Shown here piece by piece: positions 25,191 through 37,486 of a stretch of 64,000 nt of DNA; the first letter of the stretch is position 1; each line of letters begins with the position of its first letter. Origin of the DNA: Squalus acanthias. Taxonomy: Eukaryota. Under the pieces are notes generated by a model that saw only the letters and a list, made by a program, of their open reading frames with translations, had not been told where the DNA came from and ran no database searches. A program made the translations under genes and the position numbers. Location: positions 42,160,001-42,224,000 of the forward strand of contig CM059427.1 in assembly GCA_030390025.1 (NCBI GenBank), read 5' to 3'.

Positions 25191-25998
25191 ATATATCAAG
25201 GTACAGTTTATATGTATTAAGGTATAGTTTTACAGGTAAACAGCTGGAGTTGGGCAAAAGGACTCCATTTTACCCACATGGTCTATAACTCACTCTAACC
25301 TTCCTATCTCCACCCTCCTGCACTGCTCCAAAGAAGCTCAAAGCAAACTTCAGTAACAATAGCTCATTTTGCTGGGCTTTCTTCAGCCCTCTGGTCTGAA
25401 CACTGACTTCAATAACTTCAGACCTTCACTGTATCCCCGCTCTCCTTCTGGACTCTCATTGCACACCTTGCCTTTCTATTTTTGAATCATATTTAATTAA
25501 CCTTTGGGTTACTTCTTCTGCGAGTGCAATATTTAACAGTCATCCAAACTGATTAAATTGGCTAATGCCTGCATTAATATAGTGAACAGAATTTTACTTG
25601 AATGTATTAACCAGTGCGTGATCAGAGACAGTTTAACCCCCTCTGTCTTTCTAATGCCTTTTCACATATCTGACCTATTGACCTTTGTATAATATATAAC
25701 CTTATACATTTTTCAATGAAGGAAATAAATGTTAAAGCTATTAAACCCATTTATTGCCTCTTCTGAAACCATATCAATATTCCTGATCTCCATCAGTTCT
25801 CCCCTACCTCTTTTTGTTGCTCTATAAAGGATCTGTCTATACAAATTCTGATGGAGTCTTGACTGAAGTGTTACCTTCTCTTTCAGTTGTTAATTTACCT
25901 GCTGTGTATTTCCAACTATTTCTGCTTTTACTGCATTGTACAGTAGCTTTCTTTTTATATCTACATTTTACATAAGCATGTGTTTTAGAAAGACTTAC

Positions 25999-26115
25999 GG
26001 CAGGTGCTTTCATCTGAGTAATCTGCACAGTCAGCATTTCCATCACACCTGAACCGTGCTGTGATGCAATGACCACTGGAACACTCAAAGTAACCAGGCA
26101 GGCAAGTTAGCAGCT
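25999..26115 (-). CDS. LRP2: LRP2 exon (~60), LDL-A repeat
   Basis: 117 nt, CAG/GTAAG; [39 protein letters not shown]. Confidence 0.95.
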
Positions 26116-26964
26116 CTGTAAAAAAAAACAACCATACGAGTACATTACACAGTCACTACACTTCAAAAGTACCTCATTAAATGTAAAGTGCTGTGGGATG
26201 TCCCAAGGTCATCGAGGCAGCAGAGGCCCACACTTTCCTTGTGGGTCTGCTGGAGCACTCCTGCTCCTCCTGGCCTTGCTCAGAGTGTTTTTTGTTTAAA
26301 CTTATCTCAGCGGGCCTTGATAGCTTCCCGTGATGGGTGCCCTAATGCAATTGGGGTCCTATATACATCATGGAACCCTGATTTGCATTCATTAACGAGG
26401 CCCCCACCAGAATCAGGTGGGAGCTTCATCTGCTGCCAAAATCAATGGTGTTAAAATGTGGCATCGGCATGAACAGAGCGAGAAGTGGAGCCACTCTATT
26501 TAACTGCTCTCTCGCTCTTTTCCTGCTGATGCTTCAATGCGGAAAGAGTTAAAATTCCCCTGTCAACATTGAAGATTAGATTGGATAGGTGGATGAAGGG
26601 ATATGGGAACACTGTGTGTAAATGTGATTGGTACTACTTGTTCACGTGAAAAGTAAACACCACAGTGATTGGTAGAGGCAGTTGGGCTGTTTCCATGTTG
26701 TAGCGTCTATGTATTTCTATGATCTACCCTTGTAAGACAGGCCAGAGTCCTCTGGAGGCCCAAATGGGCCAAAAATATTAAAAGAAACCCTTTAGCTGAC
26801 CTTGGGGCGAGGGGGAGAGGAGGGAAGGGGAAAGAGGGAAGGGGGTTGGTAGGCAGAAGATCTGCCAATGGCTTCCCCAGCCAGGATTTAAAAGTCTGGT
26901 CCAAATGAGATGGAATCCTGTAAATGCAGCCTACACTTGCACCAGGCACAAGTAGGTTAGGGCC

Positions 26965-27905
26965 AGTGTGTCTAGATTTTCAAAAAGCTGTTGATAAGGT
27001 ATCACATCAAAGGCTGCTTAACCATGTTGTGTGTCGTGAAATTGGTAGGCAGTTATTAAACGGATAAAGGGTATGAGGGTAACATGGTGGCATAGTGGTT
27101 AGCACTGTTGCCTCACAGCGCCAGGGACCCGGATTCAAATCCGGCCTCGGGTGACTGTCTGTGTGGAGTTTGCACATTCTCCCCGTGTCTGCGTGGGTTT
27201 CCTCCGGGTGCTCCGGTTTCCTCCCACAGTCCAAAGATGTGCGGGTTAGGTTGATTTGGCTATGATAAATTGACCCTTAGTGTTAGGGGGGATTAAATAC
27301 GTGGGGTTACGGGGATAGGGTGGGATATGTGTCAGTGCAGGCTCGATGGGCCGAAATGGCCTCTATCTGCACTGTGGGGATTCTGTGATTCTGAAAAGAA
27401 CTGGTTGCATTTTCGAGTAGTTATTAATGGTGGCGGCTCTGCCTGGGGCTGGTCACTCGTGGAGGCCTGCAGGGATCAATGTTAGGGCCTTTGCTCTTCA
27501 CCATCTTTAAGAATGGTCTGGGGGCGGGCATTGGGGGAATGATCTACAAGTTTGATGAGAGAGATGGGATGCAGGCAGATCTGTATAGAATGGGGAAATG
27601 GGACTATGATTAACAGGTGTTTTTTGAAGTAGACAAATACAGTGTGCTGCATTTGGGTAGGAGCAGTTCCAAGCATTTATACACCACGAAGGGTTGCATG
27701 CTCGAGGCAACTGGATGGGAATAGGAGCTAGGGGTTATACTTCATGAGTCATTGAAGCTCCATGACAAGTATTGTGAGGCGGTCACAATAGCAAATCAGG
27801 TGTTAGGATGCATAACTAGGACAATTAAATACAAGACTAAAAGTTATCTTATACAAGGTCTGGCTACATCTAGAATACTGTCCCTAGTCTTGTTCCCCCC
27901 ACATG
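26965..27905 (+). mobile_element. Very old CR1 RT fragment, interrupted by an HE1 SINE
   Basis: CTAGATTTTCAAAAAGCTGTTGATAAGGT (LDFQKAxDKV) and CAGGGATCAATGTTAGGGCCT (QGSMLGP) on either side of the SINE. Confidence 0.6.
27080..27393 (+). mobile_element. HE1-type V-SINE
   Basis: tRNA-like A/B boxes (TGGCATAGTGG, GGATTCAAATCC), V-domain TGTGTGGAGTTTGCACATTCTCCCCGTGTCTGCGTGGGTTTCC, CR1-like tail. Confidence 0.9.
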
Positions 27906-28492
27906 ATGGGGTATTGAGGCCCTGCCTATCAAGCACAAATGACTTACTGTTCATGTGGGGTTAACATGTCAGTTGGAGGCGCAACATATTAAACACTCTG
28001 ATTTACTGGCATTAAGAACTAATTCAGCGATGGAAGCTGTAATAAAAAATTGTTAGAATTGTGTTCTCAGGGGCAGGATGCCAACCATGTGAATTCAAAG
28101 CAATTGGGTTACTGTTCGAATCCTCTTCTTCCCCTGTGTTCTGATGATTTTACTCATATTAGGTGTAATAGTAACTGAATACCATTGGTAAACAATAACA
28201 TATTTAATAGGCCATTTACTGCTAGTTCAGAAAATGCAATGGTACAGACCATGACTACTTTTGTTATTGCAAGCCCTCCTCTGCAAGACAATCAGAAAAT
28301 CTTCCACCGGTCATGTTTATACATATTTTAACAGATGAAACTGTGCATGTGTTCATTGTCAGCTTTCCCAGAATTTTTCTTTGAGACATTAACAATTTCT
28401 AGTGTATTGTGCCATTAAAGAACTTTTCTTCTCTTGCAATAGATACAAGAATACACACTTCTTTCTTCTAGATTCACTAATTCTGATCATAC

Positions 28493-28609
28493 CACAGTCT
28501 CGTTCATCCGAGTTATCCTCACAGTCATTCTCATGGTCACACACCCAGCGTCCAGGAATACAACGGAGATTGGCACAGCGGAATTCACTTTCGGTGCACT
28601 CACGAGGGC
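28493..28609 (-). CDS. LRP2: LRP2 exon (~59), LDL-A repeat
   Basis: 117 nt, CAG/GTATG; [39 protein letters not shown]. Confidence 0.95.
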
Positions 28610-29399
28610 CTGAAATAAAACAGCTCTATTAAACTGATTAGTGAAGTCACAAATTAACCTTTCTCCCAATAATGTTACGTCATCTAAGACTATAGTCTAG
28701 TTTGTCAAACAATACATACTACTGTGGGAGTTAGAAAATACTAATGGATCTTGATGATTACATAAGCTATCCATCTTCTGGATAAATCCAACAGCCAGTA
28801 TATTATTTAATGCTAGATTCAGGCTCACATCCAGTTTGGGTTAAAGGACCAGCTATCTAGCTTAAATTATTTTTTGCATTGCAATTATACATTATTTTTC
28901 ACATTCAAAAACATCAGTAGCAGCAGCATTTTATCCATCACTACAAGAAAGCTAAAGGATACTCTGATTACTTGACTCTTTTCAATACTGGGTAACTTTG
29001 AATTCCCGTCTGCATGGTGAGCTTTCATTACTCTGTGCCAGTAATCAATCAGTTTCTTTTCATTTCTCTGTGCTAACTTACTACACTGCTATTTTTGAAA
29101 TTCCGTACACAGGTACATGGTGGACTGCTACTTTGCAATAACAAATTCAGTTCAGGAGAGTTGACCATGTTGGTCACTGTACAAGTACTGCACATGCCAC
29201 AGAATCAAAGCATTTACAGCAAACTACTGATTGCTTCAAAGCATCACAGCTTGCGAGTGGTTGGTAAGTAAACAGACCAAAAGAACATTAAGAACAATGG
29301 AAAGGTTGAATGGAATCAATTTGTACTGTATCCAGGGAACTTAGAGACCAGTCAGCTTCACAGTAGGAAAAATAATGCAATCCCTACTAAAGGAGAAAA

Positions 29400-29795
29400 T
29401 AGAGGTCTTTAAAATTATGAAAGATTTTGATAGAGTGGATACAGAGAGAGTGTTTCCACCTGTGGGGAAGAGCAAAACTAGAGGCCATCGATATAAGATA
29501 GTCACCAAGAAATCAAATAGGGAATTCAGAAGAAACTTCTTTACCCAGAGAGTGGTGAGAATGTGGAACTCGCTACCACGGGGAGTAATTGAGGCAAATA
29601 GTTTAGATGCATTTAAGGGGAAGCTAGATAAGCATATGAGGGAGAAGGGAATAGAGGGTTATACTGATAGAGTTAGATGAGGAAGGATGGGAGGAGGCTC
29701 GAGTGGAGCATAAACATCGGCATGGACTGGTTGGGCTGAATGGCCTGTTTCTGTTCTGTGCTGTATATTTCATATAATTTATGTAATCTATGTAT
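29400..29795 (+). mobile_element. CR1 3' fragment
   Basis: IEVFKIMK...RNFFTQRVVRMWNSLP; CR1 3' UTR ending ~17 bp from an LRP2 donor site. Confidence 0.9.
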
Positions 29796-29812
29796 CAGAT
29801 GTTATTACATAC

Positions 29813-29932
29813 TGCAGTTGTGCTCATCAGAATCGTCTCCACAGTCATTTTCTCCATCACACTTCCAGCGGAGTGGGATACACCGATGATTGTCACATCG
29901 GAAATCACCCATGGGATTGCAAGTAAGAGCCT
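29813..29932 (-). CDS. LRP2: LRP2 exon (~58), LDL-A repeat
   Basis: 120 nt, CAG/GTATG; [40 protein letters not shown]. Confidence 0.95.
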
Positions 29933-30153
29933 CTGTAAAAATAAATACAGAAAATACAAATTTTAGGACTCAATTACTTCAACTACCCTTGGGGTGTAAT
30001 GGCCTGGAGTTTCCGCTAGGTAGCGCTGGTTTTTTTCAGCGTGATTCGCCCAAAATCGCCAAACCAGCATAAAAGATCGAGAAACTTCAAGTGCAAATTA
30101 CATCCAGTGCGTATCAAGTTTCCACCATCTTTTGCACTGGCTTAAAAAACATT

Positions 30154-31864
30154 GGCCCGGATTTTCCGATTGGAGGCTTCCTGCGTGCGGATGCCTCTGA
30201 GCCCTTATCCTTAAATTATGTCCTCTAGTTCTGTTCTCACCCGCCAAGGGAAACATTCCTTCTGCATCTAGTCTGTCTAGACCTGTCAGAATTTTATACA
30301 CTTCTATGAGGTCCCCTCTCAATCTTCTAAACTCCAGTGTGTACATCCCTAAACTACATAGTCTCTCCTCATAGGTCAATCCCGCCATTCCTGGTATCAG
30401 CCTGGTGAATCGCCGCTGCACCCCCTCCATGGCAAGAACATCTTTCCTCAGATGAGGCGACCAAAACTGTACACAGTACTCGAGGTGTGGTCTCACCAGT
30501 GCCCTGTACAGCTGCAGCAAGGTATCCCTGTTCCTGTATTCCAACCCTTTTGCTATGAAGGCCAGCATACCGTTTGCCTTCTTGATCGCCTGTTGCACCT
30601 GCATGCTCGCCTTCAGTGACTGGTGTACAAGAACACCCAGGTCTCTCTGTACTTCCCCCTCTCCCAATTTATTGCCATTTAAATAATAATTTGCCCTCCC
30701 GTTCCTGCACCCAAGGTGGATAACTTCGCACTTGTCCACATTATAGTGCATCTGCCATTTATCCGCCCAATCACCCAGTCTGTCCAAATCGCTCTGGAGC
30801 TTCCTGGTCTCCTCCTCTGAGCCCACCCCCCCTCCTAGTTTAGTGTCGTCTGCAAATTTGGAAATGCTGCATCCGACTCCCTGATCCAGGTCATTAATGT
30901 AAATTGTGAACAGCTGGGGACCCAGGACAGATCCCTGTGGTACCCCACTTGTTACTGCCTGCCATTCAGAAAATGAGCCGTTTATTCCAACTCTCTGTTT
31001 TCTATCTGACAGCCAGTTCTCTATCCACGTCAATACTTTCCCCTTTATCCCATGAGCTTCAATTTTCCCTGCTAATCTTTTATGTGGGACCTTATCGAAG
31101 GCCTTTTGGAAGTCCAGGTACACCACATCTACTGGCTCTCCCCCATCTATTTTACCAGTTACTCCCTCAAAAAATTCCAATAGATTAGTCAAGCACGATT
31201 CTGGAAAAAAATCTACAAACTTACCTGCTGGCTCCGTAGGTCCCGACACTTCTGCTCCTGGGCGCTTCACAAGCGTCCCTGGGATCACATGGACCAGGCG
31301 AGCCAATAAAAGAAGGGAATCCCCCTTCACACTTTTGACAGGTCTCTCCGCGTAGACATGTCAAAAGTATGAATGGGGATCACTCAAAAAACACACAAAC
31401 ATTAAATAATTTTTTTTTAAATCACGTATTTAAAATTAGTTAAAATTACATTAAATATTTTAAACAAAAATTAAATTTTTTGAAAAAAATAATTAAAGCT
31501 TTTTACCGGGCTAAAAATAAACTTTTTTTTTTAAAGTATTTTTAAATTATAAAAGAATGAAAAAAAAATTTTTTTTTACTTTTTAAAACTCTTATGCTGG
31601 TAAGAGGAGGCCTTACGCCTGCTTTTACCAGGCGTAAGATTTTTAAGGGTTTTCAGCAGGCGGAGGTTCTGCAGAAAGCGGAACTCTCCACCCGCAGAGA
31701 CCCTTCTCCAGGGCAGGCGGAGGATCTGTCAAGAGGATTCTTGAAAGATCGGAAGTGCCGGTTTTCAGCGCATGCGCTTCGCATGCCTGAAACCTGCACT
31801 TGCGAGGGCCCTACGGGTGTGTACACACCTCATACCCACCCGTGGGGGTCGGAAAATACGGGCC
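30154..31864. mobile_element. Harbinger-type MITE containing a CR1 fragment
   Basis: TIR GGCCCGGATTTTCCGA / TCGGAAAATACGGGCC, TSD ATT. Confidence 0.85.
30201..31199 (-). mobile_element. CR1 RT fragment (open frame, both ends truncated)
   Basis: SCLTNLLEFF...FADDTKLGG...RTRGHNLRIR in ORF 30098-31330. Confidence 0.92.
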
Positions 31865-31945
31865 ATTGTGCTGGAAGCTGGCCCCGTCCACAAAACTGGC
31901 CACGTCCCCAGATCGAATTAATGAGCGTGGTGAGTTTTCGCTTAT

Positions 31946-32447
31946 TTTTTTTTATTCGTTCATGGGATGTGGGCGTCGCTGGCAAGGCCAGCATTTATTG
32001 CCCATCCCTAATTGCACTTGAGAAGGTGGTGGTGAGCTGCCTTCTTGAACCACTGCAGTCCGTGTGGTGAAGGTACTCCCACAGTGCTATTAGGGAGGGA
32101 GTTCCAGGATTTTGACCCAGTGACAATGAAGGATCGGCGATATACTTCCAAGTCAGGATGGTGTGTGACTTGGAGGGGGACTTGGAGGTGGTGGTGTTCC
32201 CATGCGCCTGCTGCCCTTGTCCTTCTAGGTGGAAGAGGTCGTGGGTTTGGGAGGTGCTGTAGAAGAAGCCTTGGCGAGTTGCTGCAGTGCATCTTGTAGA
32301 TGGTACACACTGCAGCCACAGTACGCCGGTGGTGGAGGGAGTGAATGTTTAAGGTGGTGGATGGGGTGCCAATCAAGCGGCTGCTTTGTCCTGGATGGTG
32401 TCGAGCTTCTTGAGTGTTGTTGGAGCTGCACTCATCCAGGCAAGTGG
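31946..32447 (-). mobile_element. Non-LTR retrotransposon 3' fragment (RTE-X-like)
   Basis: IHSLHHRRTVAAVCTIYKMH...WNSLPNSTV C-terminus; 3' end GAACGAATAAAAAAAA. Confidence 0.7.
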
Positions 32448-32819
32448 ATTGCCCTCTTTTGCGGGCCTTCAAAGAGGCTCTTTAAATTTAACTGTTTTAT
32501 TTAGGCGCAAGGACACTGATAGGCAGGTTTTAAAAATTAAAAAATATTTAATTTACTAAAAAACTGACTACTGTACACTAATGAAACTAGTAAATGGTTC
32601 AATATAGTTTTTTATAGTCATTTTCAGTTATTTAAAATCAGGTTACTCACAGGTGGTGGATTAGACTGATTAAAAATGCTTATTTTTTGTGATAAACCCA
32701 TTTTCAACTGTATTAATAAAAGTGCACCAGGTTAACACTCTTAAATATATCGAGGAATATTTTTTAATGCAATTTTTTTTTTAAATTACGTTCTAAAATG
32801 CTGCCCGATTGCACTAGTT

Positions 32820-34615
32820 AGGAACATAGGAACAGGAGTAGGCCATTCAGCCCCTCGAGCCTGTTCCGCCATTCAATGAGATCATGGCTGATCTGCGACC
32901 TAACTCCATATACCCGCCTTTGACTCATATCCCTTAAGACCTTTGGTTAACAAAAAGCTATCGATCTCCGATTTAAAATAACAATTGATCGAGCATCAAT
33001 TGCCGTTTGCGGAAGAGGGTTCCAAACTTGTACCACCCTGTGTGTGTCGAAGTGTTTCCTAATTTCACTCCTGAAAGGTCTGGCTCTAATTTTTAGGGCT
33101 ATGCCCCCTAGTCCTAGAATTCCCAACCAGTGGAAATAGTTTCTCTCTATCTGCCCTATCTGTTCCCCTTAATATCTTGAAAACTTCGATCAGATCAACC
33201 CTTAACCTTCTAAATTCTAGGGAATACAACCCTAGTTTGTGTAATCTCTCCTTGTAATTTAACCCTTGGAGTCCGGGTATCATTCTGGTAAACCTACGCT
33301 GCACTCCCTCCAAGGCCAATATATCCTTCCTAAGGTGTGGTGCCCAGAACTGCTCACAGTACTCCAGGTGTGGTCTAACCAGGGTTTAGTATAGCTGCAG
33401 CATAACTTCTACCCCCTTGTATTCTAGTTCTCTAGATATAAAGGCCAGCATTCCATTAGCCTTTTTGATTATTTTCTGTACCTGTTCATGACATTTTAAT
33501 GATCTATGTACCTGGACCCCCAAGTCTCTTTGGACATCCAGGGCTGGATTTTCATTGACCCGTGGAGGCGGGTTTGGAGGCGTGTGGGGGGTTAAAATTG
33601 CAAAAACTGGCAGGCGGGCACAAGTCCGCCTCCATCCCGCCTCCACGCAATTTTCATTAAATCGTGTCTGCTGGTCCCGACTCCGTCCCACCTTTAAGAG
33701 GCGGGATAGATTGTTAAAGCCCTTAACAAGCACTAAATTGGCTCTATAATGCCATTTTGAAAGGCCTTTGTGATTTTAACCCTTGATCTACGTGAAGCAC
33801 GCCTGTTCTGAACCACGATTGTGAAACCTGGCGGGAGCACATTTGGATAGCTGACTATCAGCTGCAGGTCCACTATTACAACGGAGATGTGATGAAGGTA
33901 GTAGTATTAGGTGTGAAAGTCGCCTCTGATGCTGTGAGAGGACCTGGATGCAAAAAAAATTCATTCTCTCTCTCTCTCTGTCCTCTCACAGCAAAGGCCA
34001 GGCAGTCTCTGACCTGCAATGCAGTAGCAATGATGACATCATCAGAGGCGACTTTTAGACTGAAACCACTAATTGGTTCATGGGTTCCCACATGCTGGAA
34101 CTCAATTGCCCAATTAGGTGAAAATTGCATCAATCTCCCACATCCAATTGCAGGCGGGTGGATAACACGAAATGCGGATGACACGACCCCAACCCGCCCC
34201 AGTATCAAAATCCAGCCCCCACTGTTTTTAGCTTTTCACCATTTAGAAAGTACCCTGTTCTATCCTTTTTTAGGTCCAAAGTGGATGACCTCACATTTGC
34301 CTACATTGAAATCCATTTGCCACAGTTTTGCCCATTCACTTAATCGGTCGATATCCCTTTGTAATTTTATGCTTTCATCTACACTGCCTACAATGCCATC
34401 TATCTTTGTGTCATCGGCAAATTTGGATATATGACTTTCTATGTCATCATCTAAGTCGTTAATAAATACTGTGAATAGTTGAGGCCCCAACACGATCCCT
34501 GTGGAACACCACTAGTCACATCCTGCCAATTTGAGTACCTACCCATTATCCCTACTGCCTGTCTCCTGCCGCTCAGCCAATTTCCTAACCAGGTCAATAA
34601 TTTGCCCTCAATTCC
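32820..34615 (-). mobile_element. CR1 3' fragment split by a MITE
   Basis: LGPQLFTVFINDLD..FADDTK (34260-34493), QRDLGVQVH, ALEGVQRRFTRMIPG; CR1 tail at 32820. Confidence 0.9.
33541..34218. mobile_element. Harbinger-type MITE nested in CR1
   Basis: TIR GGGCTGGATTTT / AAAATCCAGCCC, TSD CCA; removing it restores CR1 sequence. Confidence 0.88.
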
Positions 34616-35444
34616 TGTTCATGGAAGATTTCACGTTCAATGATATGCAAATGAGTTTGAGCGGAAACTTGAGCAAAAGAAAATCACTTCTGAAAACTAG
34701 CGCAATTGGCATATATTATTTATATTTATATATATATATGCATTATATTTAGCACCTGTGACAGAGAACAAAGGAATTAAAATGACATTCAACAACTGAC
34801 CTGACCTTCAGTTACCCACAAGCAATTATGTTCTATGTGGGCTCTAATATTTTTGAAATTCGGTGGTTTCTTGTCATATAATTGGTTTACATCAGAAAAG
34901 CGCTGGTGATCATCAGCACCTGCTGCTACTATAGCAGAAATTTAACACTTGGTACCAGAGTTAATATCTAAAAAGTCTGAGAATTCCCTTACAGGGCTAA
35001 TGGGACTTTAATAAAAATACAACATTTTTTGCTAGATATAGCAAGACATGACCAGAATTTAGTATTATCCAAACAATCAGGGGTCCTAAAGTAAAAATAT
35101 ACAAGACAATTTTATATTGTGTTAGAGCTTCCTCTTGTGGCAGAAATGGAGTATTCCAACAATGTTAAACTTGATTGTAGTGCAATCCTTGGTCCTCTGT
35201 CACAGGTCCTATATATAATGCATTACTGCAGATTCTAGAACCCGACCATACTTAGCAATAAAAGACTATGATCTAACAGATTTATACTGGTACTAAATTA
35301 TTCTTTGTGGTTGTATGGAACAATGTTACTTCTTTGCCCTGTAGACAAAGGGCAAGCAGTCGGGCAAATCATTAAGGAACAAAAATTAAGGACCCAGCAG
35401 GCCTGATATTAGCTGTCTATGATCATCACAGGTCCAAGTTCCAG

Positions 35445-35753
35445 GGCAACATGGTGGCATAGTGGTTAGCACTGTTGCCTCACAGCGCCAGTGACCCGGG
35501 TTCGAATCTGGCCTCGGTTGACTATCTGTGTGGAGTTTGCACATTCTCCCCGTGTCTGCGTGGGGATGCTCCGGTTTCCTCCCACAGTCCAAAGATGTGC
35601 GGGTTAGGTTGATTTGGCTATGATAAAATTGACCCTTAGTGTTAGGGGGATTAAATACGTGGGGTTACGGGGATAGGGTGGGATATGTGTCGGTGCAGGC
35701 TCGATGGGCCGAAATGGCCTCTATCTGCACTGTGGGGATTCTGTGATTCTGTG
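35445..35753 (+). mobile_element. HE1-type V-SINE
   Basis: Near-identical to 27080-27393, with a short deletion in the V-domain. Confidence 0.9.
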
Positions 35754-36484
35754 ACTGAATTACTACTTATGGAAGCCTCAAGCTGAAGCCCAACACTAAA
35801 TGTCATAATCTCCATGGTGACTGGTAGTTATGCTTTAGATGAAGAACAAAATTAAAGGAAAATACATAGTGATCTATTCCATCTGGCTCAGGGGGCAAAA
35901 TGAGATGAGGGAAAAACTGTTTTGAAAGTTACAATGTGATGTACGTAGCAGTCGATAATACCACCACAAGCACTTTCCAAACTAGCAGGTAGGTCCAAAT
36001 CACCACAAACAATCCCCTTAATTATCTAGATGCTCTGCAGGAACTCTGCCATTCTGGAATGAAAATTCAAAGCTCCAAGTATTGAATGGACCATTGAGGT
36101 AATGGAGGAAAGTGCACTGGCTGGAAACATACAGATGATAAAAACAGAAAGCCTGATGTAAAGTTAACTTTTCCAGGGCACCGAAGAGAATGGGCAATCT
36201 ACTGCCAGACTACGCCAATGATCCACTTTCATCTTGAAGGAGCCCAGTTGGGAAGAACCTCTCATTTTCTTTCTCCCCTATCCCAGGCAGATATTCAGCA
36301 CCTCCCACACAGGATCAGGAACTCAATTGCCCAAATTCCATCACACCATCCCTCAGCACTGTAAGTTGGTGTTCCAATGTGCAGTGCCATTGTCTCACCC
36401 TGCATTTTATTATTTTTAAATTGTATGCATTAAAATCTTTTCCAGATGTTTTTAAGAAAAAAAACCAGAAACACACAAAATACC

Positions 36485-36968
36485 CGGGAGGTGAGTGGAG
36501 CGCTAAATCAGGCGCTGCACACCTGTCTTAAGGCGCAAAGGCCAAGGAGTGAGGTGCTAACTCAGAGCGCTGGCGAAGCTCATGTAATGTCAGTCAGCAA
36601 TGGAACACACACACAATGGCACGGGCCAGTTCTTAAAGGGGATGGTTAATCTTGCTTTCCATCCACATCCTGTTCATTGCAGCCTTGAATCTCGGCCTGG
36701 AGAGACTTGCACATCAAATGTGCTGGAAAGAACAATGGAGAGTACCAGGCAAAGAGCTCAGAGTGCAGCTCCCACAGTCTCTGCTAAATCGATACAAGGA
36801 ATGGCAAATCAAAATGAACCTGCAAAGTGCTGCTCAGTACCCAAAACTCCTTCACACAACATTGAATCTCTCCAGAAGTCTCTCCCTCTCTCTCTCAGAA
36901 TGCGTAGTTCAAAAATGCCACCAACAATAAAAGACAGGAAGAGGCCCCCTTTAAATAGCGCCCCCCCC
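36485..36968 (+). mobile_element. Internal fragment of the 14601-15493 Harbinger-type element
   Basis: Direct colinear match to ~14715-15195; no TIRs seen. Confidence 0.85.
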
Positions 36969-37486
36969 AGCCCCACAGCGATTATGTGTTCACTGAAAAT
37001 TGAAACTATGTTGTGGGAATTCCAGAATAAATGTAAATGTTAATTTTTAAAGTGTAGAACACAGCGAGAAAGCTGTTTCTGGTGGATGCTCCAACATCCT
37101 GTCCCCTCCCCATCCTGGACACATTCTGGCATGTTTTATATGGTGGCCGCCCAAGTTGTGCCCCTAATGGTGTGGGCGCCCACCATTGATAGCTAATTAG
37201 GGAACCTCATCCCAGAAAGTCTGCAGTGCCAGTGAAAGAAGATCCCAGCATGCGCAATCCTGGCATTAGTGCCGGATTGTAGGCTCAAGCATTTCCGGGG
37301 CTCATGTCTTCAACACATAACCTAGGCTCCAGTGCAGAGCTGATAGTTTAACATCTGATGGTTGCCACCTCCAGCACTGAGATCTTATCTGCCTAGTCAC
37401 AAAGATATTAAAAATCGCAGGGCATTATTCTAAGAGTCCTGCCAATATTTCTCCAAAACCAAAAAAGTTTGGAAATTATGAATCAA

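Larger units (their letters stand above)
30001..34710. mobile_element. Harbinger-type MITE (same family as 49208-49966) split by three insertions
   Basis: Pieces 30001-30153, 31868-31945, 32448-32819 and 34616-34710 are colinear with the intact copy at 49208-49966. Confidence 0.75.

Noticed and set aside
27083-27150. tRNA-like A/B boxes here, at 35450 and at ~17180-17250
   Set aside because: SINE heads, not complete tRNA genes
30098-31330. 410-aa RT ORF as a possible domesticated or retron-like gene
   Set aside because: Internal CR1 fragment whose start and stop come by chance from the flanking MITE
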